Below, one piece after another: positions 27,602 to 35,425 of a stretch of 48,199 nucleotides of DNA (its first letter is position 1; every line of letters starts with the position of its first letter). Origin of the DNA: a virus (Duplodnaviria > Caudoviricetes); IMG/VR virus record IMGVR_UViG_3300030376_002412, positions 1 to 48,199 of that record. The stretch is one strand, 5' to 3'. The position numbers were made by a program, and so were the translations under genes. The notes beneath the pieces are model-generated. The model made no database searches. It saw only the letters and a program-made list of their open reading frames with translations, and was not told where the DNA came from.

Positions 27602-30600
27602 ATGTCTAATAAGATATTAATAAAAAGAGGTAGTAGTGCACCTACTACAAGCGATTTAGACAATTATGAAATTGCCTACGATACTAGTGCTAATAAATTA
27701 TACATACGTGACGGTAGTGACATAATCCCTTTTGGAGCTATTGTAGATGAAGATAATTTTGCATCAGACGATGCTAATAGAGCACCATCGCAACAATCGG
27801 TAAAAGCATATATTGCTTCTGAATTAGCAGCTGCGGGTGCTGGAGATATAACATCAGTAGTAGCTGGTTCAGGATTAACTGGAGGATCTACTGCAGGCGA
27901 TGCAACTCTAAACATTGGAGCAGGTACTGGTATTGATGTAGCAGCAGATGCTATATCTGTAGACGTATCTGACTTTATGGCTAATGGTGCAAACAATTAC
28001 ATTGTAACTGCTACTGGCACAGATGCTATGAACGCAGAATCCAATCTTCAATTCGGTGGTAGTCATTTAAAACTATTAGTAGATAATGGTAAATTTTTAG
28101 CAGGAGCTGACGAAGATGCTTACTTTATGCATTCTGGTACTCACGCTTGGCTAAATAATAGTACTGGTAATTTATATATTAGAAATCAAACTGACGATGG
28201 TCAAATCATAATGCAAACTGATGATGGTAGTGGTGGTACTACCACCTATATGAGTTTAAAGGGTAACGAGCAACTAATTAGAATTTTAAAAAGCACTAGA
28301 TACAGCGACAATATAGCAGCTCAATTTGGTACTGGTAATGATTTTAGCATTAGGCACGATGGCTCACATAATATTATGAAACTAACAAATGGTAATCTTT
28401 ATTTTAGAGACCAGTCTAATAATAACATATTTCAAATTTATAGAGAAGGTGGTGGAATACAATTATCTGAAGGCGATTTAAAAATACCTGCAACTTCAAA
28501 ACTTTATTTAGATGGTGGTGGTGATACTTATATACATGAACCATCAGCTAACCAAATAGGATTTGTTACTGGGGGTAACACAAGATTATTAATTTTACCA
28601 CATAAAACCTACATCAACTCAACTGGTGCAAATGGATTAGTTATGAATAATGATGAGGGAACTACTAGTAATTCAGGAAGAATATTTTTTGAAGGAACTT
28701 CTACGAGTTCAATATTTCAAAGTGGTGGTGCATTAAGTTTTAGAACTGGTGCAACTACTGGAAGCAGTAGTGGTACACAAAGATTTTACATTGATACAAG
28801 TGGAGCTACTGTTGTAGGCAATTTAACTGTTAGTGGTAATTCATTTATGAATTATGGATTGGTAGTAAATGAAGGTGGTAATGATGCTGACTTTAGAGTA
28901 GAATCTGTAAATAATGCAAATATGTTAAAAGTAGATGCTAGTGCAGATGCGGTATTAACAGCAAAATTAATAGATAGTGCTACTCACATAGGTACTGTAG
29001 GCGGTCATGGATTAGAGGGCAACCAATTAAGCACTACAGATTGGGCAAACTTACCAGTAGGTTTTGGTGGTATGATGAGAAGTGGAAATCAATCATACGG
29101 TAATCCTGGTTCAAATTATTTTCTTTTTCATAAAATTGCCAATAGAGATAGTGGCGGTGGCTGGGGTGGTATAGCTCTTGGTTATAATAGTAATGCAGAA
29201 TTTTATGTAGGACATACTACAGTAAGTAGTTCTTATGCTACTTGGAGTAAAGTATGGAACGAAGCTAACGATGGTAGTGGTAGTGGTTTAGACGCAGATC
29301 TATTAGATGGATTGCAAGGTTCTGCGTATTACAGCTCTTCTAATCAACCAGATATATCAGATATTACGGGAGTAATAGAGGGAACAAGTTTTTCAGGAAC
29401 TTATCCTGTAGTATTTAATATTGGCGGAGCAAATCGTTTATTCTCAGAAGATAGCATTACTTTTAATGGAAGCACTAATGTATTAGCTATAAGTGGAAAT
29501 ACAGTATGGCACGCTGGTAATGACGGTAGCGGTAGTGGTTTAGACGCAGATTTATTAGATGGTGTAAATGCAAGTGGTTTTCCAAGAAGAGGAAACCTAG
29601 CAGAAAACACTGCAAGTAGTATTACCACATTCAATTCTAACGCTGCAATAGATACATCAAATGGTAATCAATCTGGATTACAAGTATATCAAGATACAGT
29701 TGGTGAAGATGCGTTTATGACATTTCACGTTGCTAATGACTATGCTCTTTATTTTGGACTAGACGGAGGTACAAATGATTTAGCAGTTGGTGGATGGAGT
29801 AAAGGAGCTAATTCTTATAAAGTATGGCACGCTGGTAATGACGGTGGTGGTAGTGGCTTAGATGCAGATAAACTAGATGGATTACAAGGTAGTTCATACT
29901 GGACTAAAGGTGGTAGTTGGTTAGGAGATTTAGGTAGTAATGGATATTCAAGAGTACAAGGTGTTTCTAATGGCGGTGGAGAATTTGTATTAGCATTAAA
30001 AAATAATCAATTACATTCTTTAATTGATGGTAGCTATTTTGCTTATGAAGGAAGCACTGCTGCTGGTGGAGGATTTTGGAGTAGTTATAATTCTGCTTAT
30101 GGTACTGCAACTGGATTTAAAGCTACTGGAATTAGCACAATAGCAGTAAAACAACAAGATGGTGGTAATGCGGACTTACATGTAACCAATCAAATTACAA
30201 CTGATTATGGTGTTAGATTTAACAATGGTAATACCGACTTTATGTTTTACAATAATACTGGAGATAATTCATTTTATCTAAGAGATTTAACTAATGCGCA
30301 ACAGTTGCAAACTTGGACTACAAGTTCAACTACTATTCACAAACCATTATACGTAACTGGAGATGTAAGAACGTCTGATGGTACCGCAGCAAATCCAGCG
30401 TTTCGTTTTACTAGCGACCCCAATACTGGTATGTATAGGTTAGGAGATGATGATTTAGGTTTTAGTGCTGGTGGCTCATTAAAGTACGGTATATTAAATG
30501 GGCTAAATAGATTTTATTCTAATGTAGTAGTTGGTCCTAATAACAACAACTCTAAACCATATATACAATACAAAGATGGATATGATACAGCATCTACTCC

Positions 30601-31399
30601 TAGTTATTCTTGGTACTATGATAATGGTTGTGGTATGGGTCATCCAGCAGGTAGCACTATAGCATTTAGCACTGGTAGTGCAGAAAGATTAAGAATTAAT
30701 AATTCTGGATTATCGGTTAGTGGAGATGTTACTATTAATGGAAATACAACTATGCAAGCTGGACATTATATTACAGCACATAATGAATCAAACTATGCTA
30801 AGTATAGAATGTATGGAGGTAGTAGTGCCTATAGTATAGGTATGTACTCGGGTAATGCTTTTGGTGGTTTAAATGATTGGGCTATGACATTTACTTTTAA
30901 CGATGAAGCTGATAGAGGTTTTTTATGGAGAGATACTTCTCATAGTCAAGGTCAAGGAGCTATGTCTTTAACAACTAATGGTAAATTAGCAGTAGCACAT
31001 AGTGTAAGACTAGGATATGGAGAATCAGATACTACAACACCAGGAGCAACTTATAGATTAGATGTTAGTGGAAGTATTGGTGCAACTGCAGATGTAGTAG
31101 CTTATGTATCGTCAGATAAAAGATTAAAAGACAATATTAAAAATATTGCAAATCCATTAGATAAATTAAACAAACTTAATGGTGTAGAATTTGATTGGAA
31201 TGACAAGCAAGACTTGTATAAAGGACACGATATTGGTGTTATAGCGCAAGAGGTAGAAGAAGTATTACCTGAGATTGTGGATACAAGAGAAGATGGTCAT
31301 AAGGCAGTTAAATATGATAGAATGGTTGCTTTATTAATTGAAGTAGCTAAAGAACAACAACAACAAATTAACGAACTCAAGGAGAAGTTAAATGGCTAA
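27602..31399 (+). CDS. Long tail fibre with C-terminal intramolecular chaperone (peptidase S74)
   Basis: SDKRLKDNI...GVIAQEVEEVLPE...VKYDRMVALLIE; three GSGLDADxLDG repeats. Confidence 0.9.
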   Translation: MSNKILIKRGSSAPTTSDLDNYEIAYDTSANKLYIRDGSDIIPFGAIVDEDNFASDDANRAPSQQSVKAYIASELAAAGAGDITSVVAGSGLTGGSTAGDATLNIGAGTGIDVAADAISVDVSDFMANGANNYIVTATGTDAMNAESNLQFGGSHLKLLVDNGKFLAGADEDAYFMHSGTHAWLNNSTGNLYIRNQTDDGQIIMQTDDGSGGTTTYMSLKGNEQLIRILKSTRYSDNIAAQFGTGNDFSIRHDGSHNIMKLTNGNLYFRDQSNNNIFQIYREGGGIQLSEGDLKIPATSKLYLDGGGDTYIHEPSANQIGFVTGGNTRLLILPHKTYINSTGANGLVMNNDEGTTSNSGRIFFEGTSTSSIFQSGGALSFRTGATTGSSSGTQRFYIDTSGATVVGNLTVSGNSFMNYGLVVNEGGNDADFRVESVNNANMLKVDASADAVLTAKLIDSATHIGTVGGHGLEGNQLSTTDWANLPVGFGGMMRSGNQSYGNPGSNYFLFHKIANRDSGGGWGGIALGYNSNAEFYVGHTTVSSSYATWSKVWNEANDGSGSGLDADLLDGLQGSAYYSSSNQPDISDITGVIEGTSFSGTYPVVFNIGGANRLFSEDSITFNGSTNVLAISGNTVWHAGNDGSGSGLDADLLDGVNASGFPRRGNLAENTASSITTFNSNAAIDTSNGNQSGLQVYQDTVGEDAFMTFHVANDYALYFGLDGGTNDLAVGGWSKGANSYKVWHAGNDGGGSGLDADKLDGLQGSSYWTKGGSWLGDLGSNGYSRVQGVSNGGGEFVLALKNNQLHSLIDGSYFAYEGSTAAGGGFWSSYNSAYGTATGFKATGISTIAVKQQDGGNADLHVTNQITTDYGVRFNNGNTDFMFYNNTGDNSFYLRDLTNAQQLQTWTTSSTTIHKPLYVTGDVRTSDGTAANPAFRFTSDPNTGMYRLGDDDLGFSAGGSLKYGILNGLNRFYSNVVVGPNNNNSKPYIQYKDGYDTASTPSYSWYYDNGCGMGHPAGSTIAFSTGSAERLRINNSGLSVSGDVTINGNTTMQAGHYITAHNESNYAKYRMYGGSSAYSIGMYSGNAFGGLNDWAMTFTFNDEADRGFLWRDTSHSQGQGAMSLTTNGKLAVAHSVRLGYGESDTTTPGATYRLDVSGSIGATADVVAYVSSDKRLKDNIKNIANPLDKLNKLNGVEFDWNDKQDLYKGHDIGVIAQEVEEVLPEIVDTREDGHKAVKYDRMVALLIEVAKEQQQQINELKEKLNG

Positions 31400-31637
31400 A
31401 GTAATAAGTGCAGCAGCGGCTGTAGAACAAGCAGAACCAACAACAATGGTTGTAATTAAACATACTAGTGTAATGAAAAATGCAAATGGTAACGATGTTA
31501 CTGTTTTAGATTTTGAAGAAACTAAAGATGTTGATACTGCTATAGCAGATGCAGAAGCTCAAAAAGCAAGTCTAGAAGCTCAATTAGTAGATGTAGAAGC
31601 TGAATTAGTTGAATACCAAACAATTAAAGACGCATAA
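31392..31637 (+). CDS. Small acidic coiled-coil protein (possible fibre chaperone)
   Basis: AGGAG RBS; follows the fibre gene. Confidence 0.65.
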   Translation: MAKVISAAAAVEQAEPTTMVVIKHTSVMKNANGNDVTVLDFEETKDVDTAIADAEAQKASLEAQLVDVEAELVEYQTIKDA

Positions 31638-32755
31638 TGACTTTAACTGCATCAGGGCAAATTAGCATTAGTGATATTAATGGAGAATTTGGTAGGAGTG
31701 GAACAACTGCTAACAGTTCATTAGAAGATCTATCTGATGGAACTGTAGCAACTATTAATACTGTAAACGCAAGTAGTGATAGACCAGATGGTTCTGCTCC
31801 TCATGCTATGACTGAATTTTATAGTTATAACCATAACGCAGCAGCGGCAAATGCTTCATTTGGTACTTGGAGTGATACTACAATTAGGTTTATAGGATTA
31901 AGTCCAGGTGGCAATATTGCTAATCACGCTGCTACTACTAATGCTTTAACTGATGCTAGTGGTGCTATGAGCGTTACAAACTCTGTAACATCTGGTGTTG
32001 CTAAAGGTAGTCCTAGGGTAGCATTAGGTACAAGCGATCCTGGTACAAATAGTAGCAATACTGTATTTGATAGTAAAATGAAAACACTTAACGGCAATCA
32101 ACACGGAAGTATAACTTTTAGTGGCAGTGTAACATGTCATGCCAGATTTTGTTTTTTACCGCATTCTAGTATTACAGAAAGTGTTATGAGGGATATAACA
32201 TTTACAAATAACAATACTTCTAACACTACAATGACCTTACAAACAAGTGTTACAAATTTTGGTGGGTTTTGTGTGCATGAAGCAGTACCAGTTAATTGCA
32301 AAGACTACTATAAGCACATTGATGAATTAGAAGTTGGTGATATGGTTATGTCTTATAATTTTGAAACTGATTCAATAGAAGAAGTTGAAATATTGAAAAT
32401 AGAAAAACCTACACACAGCGATTTGATTACATATTATTTTGAAGATATGGAAGATATAACATATACACATGGTAGCACATCTACCTTAAATAGGGGCCTG
32501 TCTATTACTAAAGACCACCCTATATACAAATCAGATGGAACTATGGTTTGTTTAGATCCTGTTAAAGCAAAAGAATTGTATGGATTAAATGCTCAAGAAA
32601 TAAAGAAAGGTGACGAAATAAGATTTATGGACAAAGTAAGAAAAGTAGATATATACTTATTAAGTCCAGATGAAACAGAAACTTATACAATATTGACAAA
32701 GAATAACAACTTTTACGCAGGTGGCGTATTAGTACACTCAGAAATAGGGGGATGA
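31637..32755 (+). CDS. Tail-associated protein with C-terminal Hint domain
   Basis: GFCVHE (Cys at 32270), IDELEVGDMVMSYN, ITKDHPIY, NFYAGGVLVHS. Confidence 0.8.
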   Translation: MTLTASGQISISDINGEFGRSGTTANSSLEDLSDGTVATINTVNASSDRPDGSAPHAMTEFYSYNHNAAAANASFGTWSDTTIRFIGLSPGGNIANHAATTNALTDASGAMSVTNSVTSGVAKGSPRVALGTSDPGTNSSNTVFDSKMKTLNGNQHGSITFSGSVTCHARFCFLPHSSITESVMRDITFTNNNTSNTTMTLQTSVTNFGGFCVHEAVPVNCKDYYKHIDELEVGDMVMSYNFETDSIEEVEILKIEKPTHSDLITYYFEDMEDITYTHGSTSTLNRGLSITKDHPIYKSDGTMVCLDPVKAKELYGLNAQEIKKGDEIRFMDKVRKVDIYLLSPDETETYTILTKNNNFYAGGVLVHSEIGG

Positions 32756-32756
32756 A

Positions 32757-33053
32757 GTGGAAGTAAGTAAAGATAGTAAATTTACATTATCTATAGAAAC
32801 AGCTGTAAGCATTTTAGTTACTGTAGCTATGATAATTGGTATGTGGTATTCTCTGCAAGCAGAAATAGAACTTGCAAAAGAACTACCAGAACCAGAAGTA
32901 TCACGTATGGAATACGATTTAAAAGACCAAATGATTCGTGATTCTATTATGAATACTGAAGAAAAAGTAGAAAAACTTGAAGAGAAAGTAGATTCTGTTA
33001 AAGAAGATACTAAAATGATTAATGAAACTCTTCTTAATATGAATAAAGATTAA
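32757..33053 (+). CDS. Single-TM plus coiled-coil membrane protein
   Basis: Hydrophobic AVSILVTVAMIIGMWY followed by a heptad region. Confidence 0.7.
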   Translation: MEVSKDSKFTLSIETAVSILVTVAMIIGMWYSLQAEIELAKELPEPEVSRMEYDLKDQMIRDSIMNTEEKVEKLEEKVDSVKEDTKMINETLLNMNKD

Positions 33054-33065
33054 TGAGGTATAGAG

Positions 33066-33449
33066 ATGAATTATTACTATGGTATGGCATGGTTGCTTGG
33101 GTTGTTGCTATGGCAGTCGCCCTTGCACTCACAGTCAGTTAATTTAAATAGCTTTGCAGAAGTACAAGCATTAAATATACATAAATGTGCAGTAGTACAA
33201 GTCAATGCAGGCTGGAATTACCAAAATAGAGTAAAGGTAGAAAAGTTAGCTGAACTTTGTTATGTTGGTGAAATAGACTTAAATAATAAAACAATAGGTG
33301 CTGTTATTCAAAAAGAATGGAATATTAAAATAGTACCTACAATTATTATATTTAAAGAAGGCGTAGAGGTTATGCGTTACGAACCTGGTATTAGCATGAG
33401 GTTTGACGAAAAAGAAGTGTTTGAAAAAATTAAAAAAGAAATTAAATGA
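33066..33449 (+). CDS. Secreted thioredoxin-fold-like protein lacking CxxC
   Basis: Signal-like N-terminus; VVQVNAGWN and WNIKIVPTIIIFKEGVEVMR. Confidence 0.65.
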   Translation: MNYYYGMAWLLGLLLWQSPLHSQSVNLNSFAEVQALNIHKCAVVQVNAGWNYQNRVKVEKLAELCYVGEIDLNNKTIGAVIQKEWNIKIVPTIIIFKEGVEVMRYEPGISMRFDEKEVFEKIKKEIK

Positions 33450-33586
33450 AAAGAAAATTATTCAATACAGATGCTAAAAGATCTAACGGAAAGAAAAAAA
33501 CAAGGCAAGGTATGAGTAATAATACTAAATTTGGTAATAAAAATAGTAAAAATTATTACAAAAAACGTAGTAGAGGACAAGGATAA
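33446..33586 (+). CDS. Small basic protein (46 aa, ...KKTRQG...KRSRGQG)
   Basis: ATGA and TAATG coupling on both sides; absent from the track. Confidence 0.7.
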   Translation: MKRKLFNTDAKRSNGKKKTRQGMSNNTKFGNKNSKNYYKKRSRGQG

Positions 33587-33867
33587 TGGCTGTAAAAAAA
33601 GATTCTAGACTAAAAAGAGCTGGTGTTTCTGGATATAATAAACCTAAAAGAACACCTGGTCATAAAACAAAGTCACATATTGTTGTTGCGAAAGAAGGCA
33701 GCAAGATCAAAACTATAAGATTTGGACAACAAGGCGTTAGCACAGCAGGTAAAAAGAAAGATGCTAAATCTAAAGCTAGACGCAAAAGTTTTAAAGCGAG
33801 ACACGCTAAGAATATAGCTAAAGGCAAAATGTCTGCAGCATATTGGGCTAATAAAGTAAAATGGTAA
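33586..33867 (+). CDS. Conserved-looking basic phage protein (IRFGQQG...RHA...SAAYWA)
   Basis: Pattern familiar from marine phage hypothetical proteins. Confidence 0.8.
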   Translation: MAVKKDSRLKRAGVSGYNKPKRTPGHKTKSHIVVAKEGSKIKTIRFGQQGVSTAGKKKDAKSKARRKSFKARHAKNIAKGKMSAAYWANKVKW

Positions 33868-33877
33868 AGGAGTAGAT

Positions 33878-33970
33878 ATGCCATACGGTAAAGGTACATA
33901 CGGAAGCAAAGTAGGCAGACCGCCTAAAAAGAAAAAGAAAAAGTCTAAGAAAAAAGGAAAGAAAAAATAA
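33878..33970 (+). CDS. 30-aa poly-Lys peptide with AT-hook-like GRP
   Basis: AAGGAG RBS; MPYGKGTYGSKVGRPPKKKKKKSKKKGKKK. Confidence 0.7.
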   Translation: MPYGKGTYGSKVGRPPKKKKKKSKKKGKKK

Positions 33971-34095
33971 TGGCTAAAACTGTTAGTTGGATGTGGGGAG
34001 GTAAGCGTTATAAGGGAACTTTAATAAGAGAAACTAAAACGCATAAATTTGCTAGAACTCATAATGGCAAAATTAAAAAGATCAAGAAAAAATAA
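33970..34095 (+). CDS. Small basic protein (41 aa, MAKTVSWMWGGKRYKG...)
   Basis: TAATG coupling. Confidence 0.65.
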   Translation: MAKTVSWMWGGKRYKGTLIRETKTHKFARTHNGKIKKIKKK

Positions 34096-34123
34096 TTACT
34101 ATAACCAATAAGGAGAGCACGTA

Positions 34124-34348
34124 ATGAGTAAAAAAGAACAAACAGTAGATTTAAAAGCTGAAGCTACAGTAGATTTAAAAACTGAAGCTACTATAAAAAT
34201 GGAAACATTAGTAGAGCAGCATAATCAACTTGTTCAGGAAATACAAGAGGCTAACGGTAGATTAGCAGAAGTAAAACAAATGATTGTAGAGCATCAAGGA
34301 TATATAAAAGGTCTTGAAGCTTGCGATGAAAACTGTAAGGAAAAATAA
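34124..34348 (+). CDS. Coiled-coil hypothetical protein with a 24-bp tandem duplication
   Basis: AAGGAG RBS; TVDLKAEA-TVDLKTEA. Confidence 0.7.
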   Translation: MSKKEQTVDLKAEATVDLKTEATIKMETLVEQHNQLVQEIQEANGRLAEVKQMIVEHQGYIKGLEACDENCKEK

Positions 34349-34506
34349 TGGGACCAATATTAGGTAAGGTACTTACTAGCTTAGGTACAGAAAAGCTCAT
34401 TAAAGCTGTTATAATGCATTTAGGAGATTGGCTAGTAGCTAAGTCTTCTAATAAATTAGATGACAAGCTTTGGAGTGAAGTAAAAAAAGCATTAGCTAAA
34501 AAATAG
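34348..34506 (+). CDS. Small amphipathic protein (52 aa, SSNKLDD motif), possible holin-like
   Basis: TAATG coupling; function is a guess. Confidence 0.6.
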   Translation: MGPILGKVLTSLGTEKLIKAVIMHLGDWLVAKSSNKLDDKLWSEVKKALAKK

Positions 34507-34515
34507 GAGGTTTCA

Positions 34516-35283
34516 TTGAAACTTAAAAAACGTGGTATCGTAATACCAGACCAGCATTATCCATTAGAGGATAGAGCTGCAGTTGAGTGTGTTAAAAAAG
34601 CAATACTAAAAATAAAACCTAAAGTGTTTGTTAATTTAGGGGATGTTGGAGAGTGGGAGTCTGTATCAGCTTGGAGATATAAAGACAAAAAGCTACCGCC
34701 TTTAGAGTTTCAACTACCTATTGTAGATGAAGATATAAGGTTAGTAAATCAAGGATTAGACGAGTGGGATGAAATACTTAAAAAAGTTGGATGTAAAGAA
34801 AAGTATTTATTACAAGGTAACCACGATCTCTGGTTGGATAATTTTGCTAACAAGTATCCTTATCTTGATGATTACAGCTTTTTTAAAGCTTGTAAAATCA
34901 AAGAAAGAGGATATAAGTACACAGAATACAACTTGCCGATCCAAGTAGGTAAGTTGGTATTCTTTCATGGTGCATTTGCAACAACGTATCATGCGAAAAA
35001 ACATTTAGAAACGTATGGAGAAAATGTAATGTATGGACACGTACACGACATACAACGACATACAATGACAAAGCTTAATAGCAATATTGGTGCTTGGTCT
35101 ATGGGATGTTTAAAAGATATGTCACACGAAAGTAACAAGTGGTTAAAGGGTAGGCTGCACAATTGGGGCCATGCTTTTGCTATTGTTGATTGGTTTGACA
35201 ATGGAGAATTTAAAGTTGAAACCGTAGAAATAATAGACGGTAAGACAAGTGTTTGGGGAGAGGTTATTGATGGAAACGAGTAA
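34516..35283 (+). CDS. Calcineurin-like metallophosphoesterase
   Basis: PDQH, LGDV, GNHD, FHG and GHVH motifs; GGAGG with TTG start. Confidence 0.9.
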   Translation: MKLKKRGIVIPDQHYPLEDRAAVECVKKAILKIKPKVFVNLGDVGEWESVSAWRYKDKKLPPLEFQLPIVDEDIRLVNQGLDEWDEILKKVGCKEKYLLQGNHDLWLDNFANKYPYLDDYSFFKACKIKERGYKYTEYNLPIQVGKLVFFHGAFATTYHAKKHLETYGENVMYGHVHDIQRHTMTKLNSNIGAWSMGCLKDMSHESNKWLKGRLHNWGHAFAIVDWFDNGEFKVETVEIIDGKTSVWGEVIDGNE

Positions 35284-35425
35284 TTCAACAGGCGGTCCTA
35301 TGCAAGGATCGTCTACCAACTCTTCTAGAAGAACATACAATATGAAGAGTAAAAAGAAAAAAGTTAAGATGAAAACTATGCAGGATGTATTACAACATGG
35401 CAAAAAAAATATTAAATTTAAATAA
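35270..35425 (+). CDS. Small basic hypothetical protein (51 aa, METSNSTGGP...)
   Basis: GGAGAGG upstream; fills the gap. Confidence 0.45.
   Translation: METSNSTGGPMQGSSTNSSRRTYNMKSKKKKVKMKTMQDVLQHGKKNIKFK

Noticed and set aside
29252-29880. Diversity-generating retroelement TR/VR pair
   Set aside because: No reverse transcriptase seen, and the differences are not adenine-specific.
32270-32755. Mobile splicing intein
   Set aside because: No terminal Asn, no homing endonuclease and only a 4-aa C-flank.
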